Assembly (NCBI RefSeq): GCF_001949145.1 | Contig: NW_019091361.1 | Location: 3,706,148-3,770,147, forward strand | Source of the DNA: Acanthaster planci | Taxonomy: Eukaryota | Length of the DNA: 64,000 bases | Direction: 5' to 3' | In this document: positions 48,885-59,387 of the stretch, one piece after another | How positions within the stretch are numbered: position 1 is the stretch's first letter | Layout: every line of letters starts with the position of its first letter | The notes under the pieces: model-generated | The model's input: the letters and a program-made list of their open reading frames with translations, nothing else | Databases searched by the model: none | Told to the model about the DNA's origin: nothing | Position numbers and translations under genes: made by a program

Positions 48885-51800
48885 ATGCCGAAGAAGGTAA
48901 TACTGTTTTCCAAATTTAATTTTCAAACCATTTGACTCCGTTCTCAAGGGATCATTACTACTTGTCCCCCCTCGTATTTATCATGCGCTGTCCCCAGATA
49001 TATAGTTAGGCCCAAGTTAGAAAGTTTGTAAGTCACATTGCTACAGTGACCCCACATGGAAAGTTAATCACTGGTGTGCCACAAGGCCCCTACCAATGTG
49101 TCAGGGATTGTCATAAAAACCGTTGATTTCGGTTCTGCGAGTTGAAGTGGCGTGCTGTTGCTGCTAGAACTCCGGGGCTCGTTGTCTGCTGCGTTCCCAC
49201 ATTCCTGTGACAACCCCAAAGTCCCAGGGGGCAGGGGGACAGCTAGGGGAGGTAGCTAAATAGCTGGTATAATGTTCAGTGCAACCTTGAATCTTGCGTA
49301 AAATTAGTGTACTACAGAGTTGATTTGCCTTTGAATAAAATCCATTCGTAGGACAATCTACTCAGAGGGGAGTACCAATAAGATTTGGAAGAGCCTCAAC
49401 AGTGCCAGACGTATCGAGGGGCCGGCATTAGGGGCTAGTTACCCCCATCATGTTGTTGATTTGAATTTATTTCTTTTAAAATTTATTTTCAGGAATTGAA
49501 AACACTCATACTTTCTGAACCGTATACTTACACCTGTGGGGGAGGATACATTTACGACGGTTGGAAAAAATGGACTATTCGCTTTGAGAAGAAATCCCAT
49601 TTCCACCCCCTCCCCACCCGCGAACCCATAACTTGGATACGCCACTGGGCCTAAGATTTCAATTTAAGTGACGAGATCTGAGGCCTCGGATTTTATGTTG
49701 ACGTAGTCAGTCGTAGAGAGTATTAGTGTTTAATAATGTAATCCAATGCATAAAAAACAACATTTTAAAAGAAATGCAAAATTGGAAAATACATATTAGA
49801 CGAGTATAAATTGGAAATTTTGATCGAAGAGCAGTACCAATTATTTATCATCAACCGTCTGCTTTGTAATGAGAGTTCACGGCTGGAACAGGCTGTTGGT
49901 TTTCTTCCCTCTTGTCGAAAAATGTGTTTTTTTCTTCCCCCATGTTGCAAAATGTGCTGAATTTCTGTTCCGTGACGGAATTTACCCTGCTACCGTATAT
50001 CATTGAAACGGCTTGCATCGTAAAACGGGATTTTTTTCATGCTAGTGATGCAAATTAAAGGTTTATTGACAAAAATTGGTCAATAGATACGTTGGCAACA
50101 TCTGGACAGGATAGCTCGTTTTAGAATATGGTTTGAAGCTTGTGCTCACAGTAGTGCACCTGCATCAGAAACAGCGAACTAATGATATTCAAATTTATCG
50201 GAGCGGGAAATTGTCACCCATTTGCTAATTTACCTGCATTAAAAGTAAAACACCAGAATAATGAAGAAGAATTTTACGGATGACAATTCCACAGGGAATG
50301 ACGGAAAATTGCAAATTGCCTGCCCAAATGATATACTTGTGACCTGAATGTTAGATTGCATGATGTTCTTATCTACTGAATATCATTTCGTCTTTTTAAA
50401 GTCTGGTACATATAAATTAGAACCATGGGTCCGTGTTCAAAGCTCTTTACACCGCCATGGTATGGATATTATAATACGGGGACGTGGTTGTAGTTTGCGA
50501 TGTGTGTTTACATGCTTAGTGTGTAACCTGTCAGGTTTTATACTTTGGCCTTCGAAGTGCTCAGACTATCGCTTCAGATAACCTTTGACACGATAAACAC
50601 AAAGCCATGGGGGTGTTTGCTGAGCCGGTATTTAATCTGCTGGGCATATTGTGGGCGTGGCGTTCCAAGTTCAGTTCATCCAGAGCCGACTAGATCGTTC
50701 CGGTTATTTCATTAGAAGGTTGTTGCTGTCGGTCTTTAAAATAGGTTGGTTCTTTTTAGTTTCTAGTACAGAAACAAACTGGATGCGGCCTGTCCTAAGC
50801 GGACACCGTGCACAAAAAACAGAGGCGGGTAAATTTAGCTTTGCCTGATGCGTCGGGCCGGTCGGAGACCTCTTCGTCTCTCGAAAGGGCGATGTATGAT
50901 GGCGGGCACAGCTGTGTGGAGAAAGCTGCGACAGGAGTATTTCAATTGTTGGGACCAAAAAAGTGGAGTATGCGTCAATGCATATGGATAATAAGCACAC
51001 ACGCACAAAATAGCCGCATGCAGTACTGCACACACAATGAACAGCAATTTTGGTTCCCTAGTCTGAAGTTGGCGCTTCTCTCTCTCTCTCACATACAGCT
51101 CTAATGCAGAGCAGCTCTGATGCAGAGCAGCTCAGATGCAGAGCAGCTCTGATGATGCAGAGCCGCGTAAAGAGAAAGTTGCGACATGACTTGGAAACAA
51201 ACCGGGAGATATACGCGGCAGTGCACTCAGACAGTTTGTATAGAGCGTGACACCTCACTGTTCCAGTGATGTCACGCTCGTGCTGGACCTATGATGTGTT
51301 GTGATGGTAACGAGTGCATTGTGTTGTGATGGTAATCTACTTATTCAAAATAAACCAGTCAAACATGCCGTGTTCGCACGTACCCTTGCACGTGGTAGAA
51401 GCTGCTTACAGGAATGCGATCACCGTGGCCAACGCGCGGTCTACACGTGACGGTATTGTTTACATTTGGTCACTTGGGTGAAAAAGGTCTGTACGGTAGC
51501 CGCACGCCTAACTATACACGGCCATAATGAACAGCCATTTTGTTTCCAAAAACATTTTCGTAGTCACAGACATACATTACGAACATGCTCACTGTTTCAG
51601 GCCAGTCCGTTCCATTAGAGGCCTCCTTTTTAGTTTCTGAAACCGAGGCCGTGAAAACCCCAACGCAACAGTTTGAGGGGCATTATTCATAAAAACTTCG
51701 GCCAGACACAGTCCAGTGGTCCGAGCGAGGGGGTTATGACCAATACGCTCGGTTGGCATATCGGTTACTGAGTTATTAGAGCGAAAAGAATCTTTAGTGA

Positions 51801-54800
51801 AAATGTTCTCTTCACTGAATACCACCAGCAATACTATATTCTGGTGGTTGTTCGATTCATGTACCATAAATACCAACCATAAAGCTCCCCGCAAATTATG
51901 CGGGTTTAGGCTGACAGGAGAATTTCACGACACAGATGAACGACTGGAGCTATTAAATGGGGAATGAATGGACTCAGCACGGACTAACATTCAAATTAGA
52001 AAAAAAAGAAAAAAAAACAAACAGATGTCTGGTTTTCTCGCAGGCTGAATTTTTTCATTCAAATTTTCCTCGATCCATAAACAACGTCTTGCAAAGCTGA
52101 GATGCCTACGGTCATGGAAACAATCACTAAATTGAATTGATTATTTATTTCCTCCGGATCCCCCGCCCCCTTATCTCCGTCTGGAGCCGCAGGAGGAGGT
52201 GGTGTAATTTTCCAGGTTTTGTGCTAACTTTGCAGGGTCTGCTTGAGAGGTTGGACACCGGGGTAGTCATCGGCGACGGTGGTTTCGTTTTTGCTCTGGA
52301 GAAGCGTGGCTACGTTAAGGCCGGTCCATGGACTCCAGAGGCCACCGTAGAAAACCCTGAAGCAGGTGTGGATTGATGGTATATCCAAATTCGGGGATTT
52401 TGTTGAAAAAAAAACAGTCTAATTTGTTTTTCATCCATATAACCGTTTAAATGGCAACGTGCCTCGGAGGTGGGCTTGGGAAATCGAGATGCCAGCCGTG
52501 TGATTTTGAAGTCATCGGCTCAGCGTTCCCTCACCTTAATTTGCACAGGCCCCTTGTCAATGGTTCACTGAACCCCAACATTGAGATTGGTTCCATTCCT
52601 GTTTGAATATGCAGTGACTTGTAAAATAATGTGAAATCTAAAGCGAAATACGAAATCACCGCCGTTGTAAAAAATTGGTTTTTTATGCGGGTAATGGGAC
52701 GTGTGTTATGGCCCACACATGCCAAACCTCACGCACAGTGGAGTAGCCATTTTGCATGTATTAGTAGGGCCATTTTCCAATACTCGATTCGGTTCCGTCG
52801 GAGGCTTCAACTGTTTTTTATTACCCGACTTTGAAGTTGTAGGTGCAAAGGGAAGTCTGATAGTGCCACAAGTAAGATGCAAAAGAGCCAAACATCAGAG
52901 TACTTTAATTTAAACGCGTCAGGCCCGGGCCAACAATTAGGGTTTGGTTTCGGAAACGAAGCCTGAGACAGAAAACTCTTGGAGGCGCACTATTGTGAAT
53001 CACACGTATTAGGCCTACATATACAAATCCAGCGAGGTTTCCCTGCACATTTTATATGGCCACTGTTAGTAAAATAATTATCACGGGAAACATTTTGTTC
53101 AGTTTTTTACTGCCATGGAGCAGTGGCTTCGTATTATCTCAGCGCTTACTGCCATAGGCGTGTACCACCATTTAATGACCAGTGATAGCGTTGCCATAGT
53201 CACCGGATTCGTCTATCTGTCTAAAGAACACAATGTTGGGGGGGGGGGCTCAGCTTTATCTCCGTTTACGACATAATCTTGTCCCCCTACCACACTGGAG
53301 TTTTGAGCTGCGTAAAATGTTTTGCTAGTGGAGCTAAGAATTGTGTTTAATGAAATAAAGATATAAGTATTTTAGATGGTATACAGCTGCTTACACCTGT
53401 TCTACATCTGTAGGGCGTATCAAAATAAAGGAAACTCACATTCAACTACTATTTATAGAAAAAAAAACAGATTTCTTAATTAAGCATTATATGTCTCCAG
53501 AAAGGCCTGAATGTGTTCTTTCCAGTGACAAGTTGATCATGCGCTAAATGTCACGGTTGAACGAGTAACATGCATTGTTGACCGGCAGGTGAAATTTGCA
53601 TTGCGAGATGTAAGCAATCACTGTAAAGTAGATGATGCACAATACAATACAGGCCAATACAAACAAGCTTTTTTCCAACTAAATTATGATTGAATTTGGG
53701 TTTCCCTTACCTTGATACGCCCTGTATATTGTTCAGTCCGTCAGCTTCATCGAGATTTCCTCAGGGCGGGATCGGATGTCATGCAGACCTTTACTTTCTA
53801 CGCCAGCGATGACAAGTTGGAAAACCGCGGCAACAAGGCTCAGCAGAAATACACGGTGAGAGAACACAAAATGCACACTTCAACAACCCCCTTTTAAAAG
53901 GATATTCCTTTTCCCGCTTTATCATTAATGGAAGCTATCGAATTATCAAAGTCGAGAGAAGAACCTTTTAGTAAGCTATGCTATGGTCTGTTTGCATTGC
54001 AAGAGCAAAAAATGAAACTCGAACCGTACAATCATTTAAATGCCCGTGACTTACCCGGGATTTTTCAAAATCTCTTTTTTTGTAAGTACATGTAATTATG
54101 AGAACACTGCATGTGTTCTTGTCTATAGTTTAAAATTTTGCTTGATGGGGAGGTGCCATGACTGTTCTATCCTGAAACATTTTTCGATGCGTGGACGCAA
54201 ATTCGTTGATAATGCAGCACCAGTGAGTGTCAAACCCCTCGTTGTCGAAAAGTGAGCCACGAAGGAGTAAAAATTCGACTCTTATAAAGAGACACAGAGT
54301 AACCCTGTGGGTTTTGCCAAGCTGACAACAAATCTTGCCGAATCTGCAGGGAGCCATGATTAACCAGCGAGCTTGCGAGATCGCCAGGGAGGTGGCCAAC
54401 GAAGGAGACGCGCTGGTGGCTGGCGGCATCTCCCAAACGCCCACCTATCTGACGGGGCTGGGCAAGGAGGCCGTACAGAAGGAATTCGAGAAACAACTTA
54501 AGGTCTTTGTGGATAACAAGGTGGACTTCATGATCACTGAGGTTAGTGACAGATACCTGAACATGATTGGGGAAGAATCGAGAGACAACAGCACGGGTTT
54601 AGGAACCCTTCCTGGAACTCTTGAGAAATAAAATGATTGAAGATTTTTTGAAGCGTCAGACTTGACGCAACAGCCAACACGAACGCGAAATTGTGACGTT
54701 ATGATCAAATATTTGCGTTGCGAATTCGCAGTCGAAAACATTTCAACTAGGGTGAAATGTTGCTACAGATTTTTTGTTATGTCAAAATTCACTTTCTTTT

Positions 54801-57640
54801 CGCAGTTGCCTGAAGTATGAAACCGGCCTTTGTGTGCAAATAACCACACAAAACACGTCGTGCCCGCGTTTTATCCTTTTCAAACCACAGCAGGCTGTCA
54901 CATGCATTTTTATGGAAAATGCACGATGTCTCTTAATGGAGGCTTGGATAAGCGCGCCTTTGATTTCCATTCGTAGCGGACTGAGCCTTTTCTTCACCAT
55001 TTAGCCCCTCTGAGAGCATCGTCTTCAAATTGCATTTTTGGTTTTTCTACAGTACTTCGAGCACGTCGAGGAGATTGTTTGGTCCATTGAGTCCATCCAG
55101 AAGATGTGCCCAGGAATGCCCATCTGTGCTACCATGTGCATCGGACCGGAAGGCGACATGCACGGCGTGTCAACAGGCGAGTGCGCGGTCAGGATGGCCA
55201 AGGCAGGTTGGTAATTATAACGGATGCTTGTTTTGTTTCTAAATTGGCCCTTCTAGAAATGCTTCTATATCCCACATAAAAGTTCGCCTCAACCACGATG
55301 GCGGCTATTCCATTTTTGTGCCCAGTTTCATCGTTGCGAGTCTGATCTGATGTATAGTCGAGGCCGGCAGACAATTCATAGCTCTTCAGTGTGAAAATAT
55401 TCATTTTGTAGGAGAGATCACTCTAGTGTAAATAAAATATTCTTCAGTGATTCAATTTAGCATCTTCAAGTAACTTTATAAGGAACATGCTCAAATAGTT
55501 ACATCTGCGTATAAGGTTTTCATGTTTTATTTTATGGATAGAGTCAGACTTAGTCGAGCTATCTAAAAATGGGCAAAGTCAAAGAAAATGCAAACCAATA
55601 CATATCTGGTTCAATAAAAATCGATTAAAAAATCTTCAGGTGCTGACGTTATCGGGATCAACTGCCACTTCGACCCAGACATTGTCCTGGCCGGCCTCAA
55701 GCTGATGAAGGAGGCTCTGACCAAGGCCGGCTACAAGAAGCACTTGATGGCCCAGCCATTGGGATTCAAGACACCTGATGCCACCAAGCAAGGATTCATC
55801 GACCTTCCAGAGTTTCCGTTTGGTAAGCTGTGGACCCCTTGGGTTTCTTCCAGGCTTCAGTGGCCCAAATTTGTATTGATAGGCTCCACACCGATTTCCA
55901 GAGCTGTATTCTGCGCGCGTGCAGCGTTCAAAATTTTACATTCACTCTCCACGTTGGTTCAGAATATACGCATGCGCGCGAGACGAGGTTGTTAGATAAC
56001 CAATGAAACACAAAGATCACTGTTGATACAACTTATACCACTTTTATAGGCTGATATCCTTTGCTTACCAATAACAGAGCCGTAAACTGGGCAGAAATCA
56101 TGCTTAACAGGTTTTTACTTTCCTTGGCAAGCCACCTAGGGCTGTTATTAATCTGTGCGTCGCGACGGGATTTTTAAAATTCCCCCACAAGATCACCGTG
56201 TTGATTTTTAGATTTTTATTCCGAGAAATTATAAAAATTAAAAATTCTTATGGGAAGATGGAAATCAATATTTTAAAGGACTTTAAGCGAATTTGAGAAA
56301 ACTCTTCAGGGCTTCAAGTAAGAAAGAAAATAAACCAACAAGATTCAAAACATCTTGTACTTTCAAAACAATACAAAAGTCAGAATTCGTCCGAAAAATT
56401 CTGTTCCAAATTTGTACAAATCAGTCACTCCTTCAGTTCAGATAATGTTCGGGTTGGATTTTCCCACCTTTTACTAGTTAAAGGAGGTTATTAATTTTTT
56501 TGCACTGTTTGGCAGGTCTGGAGCCGCGTATCCTGACTCGATGGGACTGCCACAAGTACGCCAGGGACGCCTACGAGCTCGGGGTGCGCTTCATTGGAGC
56601 CTGCTGCGGCTTCGAACCTTACCACGTGCGAGCCTTATCCGAGGAGCTGGCTAAGGAGCGGGGTCGCCTGCCCGCCGGCTCAGAGAAGCACGGTCCTTGG
56701 GGAGATGGGCTGAGACAGCACACCAAGCCATGGGTGAGAGCAAGGTAAGACATCATAGCTTATTCCGTTGAAAAGGCCGGGTACTGAAATCAACTTAGTA
56801 CTGGCAGTGTATTGACTGTTGAGAGAGGCCCACTGTGACTTGTATCCCAAGTGCAAATTAAGGGTGAAATGGCAGTAGTGCTCTTTTATACAAACAATAA
56901 ATGGACCATTCAATAAATCAAAGAAATAGAATTAGCCTTCAGCGTAAATTCTGAGTTATATGAGAGACGGTGACGTTAGTTTTATATTTACTTGAAGTAT
57001 TAAGTTTTGAAGGCTCCACTTAAAGGCTGCACGGATCTGCAGCAGCAGCATAGCCAGGGGAGTGTTGAGGCGTCTTTTTATATGTACGTTTTTATGGTGT
57101 GTTGTGTACACGATGCGTTGATGCGTTTCACTTTCACGTGTGCGTTGCATTCGGCCATCAAAATCGCCCCAGGAGCGATTTGGACGGATACCAATAAGCA
57201 ACACCCATCGCATGTGCTGACGTAAATTTGGGAAAGGGCCTTTAAATTGAATTGAACAAGACGGAGACTTTGAAATCAAAACCAGAACGCTTGTTTAGAG
57301 GAAAATCGGAACGTTGATGAAGTGACGTCGGGACCTTGAGAATGAATCAAACGGGGCGACATATAATTCGTCAGGCAAACGAAACCCTGCCCAAGTGCCT
57401 GACGTGCAGCAACAGCAGTGCAAGCTTACTAACTTCTGGGGTTTTCGGTCTGGTTTCCTTTTTCTCTGAAGGGCCCGTCGTGAATACTGGGAGAATCTGA
57501 AGCCGGCCAGCGGTCGGCCGTACGCCGCTGGCTTGTCCAAACCGGACGAATGGGGCGTTACTCAGGGTGACGACCTGCTCAAACAACAGGCCAAACTTAC
57601 CAGTGACGAGGACCTGAAGAAGCTCTGGACCAGAGACTGA
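48885..57640 (+). CDS. BHMT: Betaine--homocysteine S-methyltransferase (8 exons)
   Basis: Exons: 48885-48896 (MPKK), 52236-52365, 53737-53855, 54350-54541, 55053-55206, 55640-55822, 56516-56744, 57472-57640 (TGA). Motifs: [48 protein letters not shown], Zn ligands in GINCHFDP and [46 protein letters not shown]. Confidence 0.97.
51096..51163. repeat. 16-bp tandem repeat (GATGCAGAGCAGCTCT) x~4 in BHMT intron 1
   Basis: Directly visible. Confidence 0.85.
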
Positions 57641-58167
57641 GACTTATAATAGTGTTGTGTCGTTTGTCTTCTGAAAGCTGCAAAGATAATGCTGAAAGTG
57701 TGTCCAAGATATTGCTTATGTTCCTCTAGCTTTAACAAAGCCTGCGGGTTAAGGAATTGACCAAAGGCGTCAGTTGTTTTGATAACGATTTAGGATGATT
57801 TTTCATAGAGATAAGTCCCTACGTATAGAAATCAATACTGTATAACACCCTGTGTATTTTTCATTTGTGCAAATATTGTCTCTTTGCATTTCTGCCCAGA
57901 CCAGCTTTTTACTGCATTTAATTGCACGGTAACTCAAGTTTGCTGTATTGTTATTCTCTGGATGTCTGGAGGTGTACAGAAACCGCAAACAGCTTATTTT
58001 GTTCGTAAACTATTTAGCACCAGCGTGTCTGACAGTCTATACGTACCAGACGTTTCAAAAGTGGGAAAGTTATTTGATTCGTTCAATTTTTGCTAAACTG
58101 CAGTCATCAAAGATATTGGTAAATATTTTAAAGTAAAGTAATCGATATTCGAGCATTAAGGAATATC

Positions 58168-58173
58168 AATAAA
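58168..58173 (+). promoter_or_regulatory. Candidate BHMT polyadenylation signal AATAAA
   Basis: AATAAA about 530 nt after the BHMT stop, followed by a T/GT-rich tract at about 58217-58250. Confidence 0.4.
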
Positions 58174-58553
58174 AACAAATGTTACAAAGATCAGACGGGA
58201 CAAGTGCACTCGGTCAGTTTGTACTTTTTTATCTGTACTTGTATCTTGAGTTTCTACATTTCAGAAGAACAGGTTTCAAGAGCTACACCAGAATGGCTTT
58301 AGATAATTTTTAAAGCCAACATTCAGAATGGAGTTAGAAAACAGACATGTTGAAATTGTTATCGTTGTGAAATCGTTCACCATACAGTAAGTTCAGTTTA
58401 CATAATGAAAAATCTTATTGACCGAAATTTGTACCAAAACAATGAAATTAGTGTGCACTGCCATCTTCACTATTCTCACGCAATATATTTTTTTTCTAAA
58501 TGTACTTTCCCAGCACCCTTATTTAGTACCTAACAGAAAACAGCTATACTTAT

Positions 58554-59387
58554 TCAATCACAATTAGCTTTAGAGTTGAGAATAACCCTCCTCGCGTACA
58601 TGTGGTCATAGTGTGGCTGGCTCACTTCAATGGCCAATCGGACATCCTGTGGGAGGGACTCAACGTCAATGTGGCGAGGGGCGGGCTTTTTGAATCCAGA
58701 ACTCTTGAGGGCTCCCTCATACCACTGCATCATCCAGTTCGTGAGCCGCAGCGCCCTGCAGCAGTGCCACCTCAGGTCGCCGCACCGGGCCGGTTCCCAT
58801 TTCACCATGGTCTCCTTGAAGGGCAGCGCTGTGAACCGGCAGTACTGCCTCATCATCTCCACTGGATCGTCCAGCAGGTCGTCGGCATCCATCACAAACG
58901 TCGGCAACCCCAGCCCCGTGACGTGATCGTAAAGGTCTCGCAATTCCTTGTAGGTGTATCCCTCGGTCATGACGCTTCGGATGTCCGTCCCGGACATGGC
59001 CGCGCTGATTTTCGATGACTCCAGCCGAGGCTTCAGCGAGGCGAACACCTTGGTCGGGCTGCGCACTAGGAACGTGTGGCAGAATCCCTCGGGGATCAAA
59101 TGGTAGCGCCCGACGAGCGGATAGGTGAAGTCCTTGGCGAAAACGCCCGCTCTACCCGGATAGTCGGCCTCTAACCGTTGTTTCACCCACTTGTAGGAGT
59201 GATTAGGGGCCAGGTAGATTCCTCGATCCCGGGTCCGATCCGGGCCGAAGAAGAAGGCCGCGGTGAACTCCTCGTTGAAGACTTCGACGTCATCAAGCTC
59301 TAGGATGGATCGGGTGAATGCCGTGGAGAGACTACGGGGACATGTCCATAGCATGACCCGAGCGGGTTTGGTGTCTCCAGTCGACAT
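58554..59387 (-). CDS. Sulfotransferase-fold P-loop protein resembling the N-terminal domain of 'branched-chain amino acid aminotransferase-like protein 2'; single coding exon, 277 aa
   Basis: Uninterrupted 277-aa ORF. Family motifs recognised by eye: VMLWTCPRSLSTAFTRS (PSB-like loop), FNEEF, VFAKD, HTFLVRSP, VMDADDLLDDP, YC...LPFKETMVKW, WYEGALKSSGF. The codons are GC3-rich, like the BHMT exons. Confidence 0.85.
   Translation of the reverse strand: MSTGDTKPARVMLWTCPRSLSTAFTRSILELDDVEVFNEEFTAAFFFGPDRTRDRGIYLAPNHSYKWVKQRLEADYPGRAGVFAKDFTYPLVGRYHLIPEGFCHTFLVRSPTKVFASLKPRLESSKISAAMSGTDIRSVMTEGYTYKELRDLYDHVTGLGLPTFVMDADDLLDDPVEMMRQYCRFTALPFKETMVKWEPARCGDLRWHCCRALRLTNWMMQWYEGALKSSGFKKPAPRHIDVESLPQDVRLAIEVSQPHYDHMYARRVILNSKANCD

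Noticed and set aside
49040..49092. TGVPQG-like RT scrap (a similar ISGVPQ scrap lies on the minus strand near 61640)
   Set aside because: Too short to support a LINE annotation.
51096..51163. Short direct repeats as a possible CRISPR-like array
   Set aside because: No unique spacers and a eukaryotic context; simple minisatellite.
58602..59018. Antisense ORFs over the sulfotransferase-like gene
   Set aside because: Shadow ORFs expected from GC3-rich codons; no recognisable motifs.
58554..59387. Horizontal transfer inferred from GC content alone
   Set aside because: Host exons (BHMT, DMGDH) look similarly GC-rich, so composition is not evidence; a phylogeny is needed.
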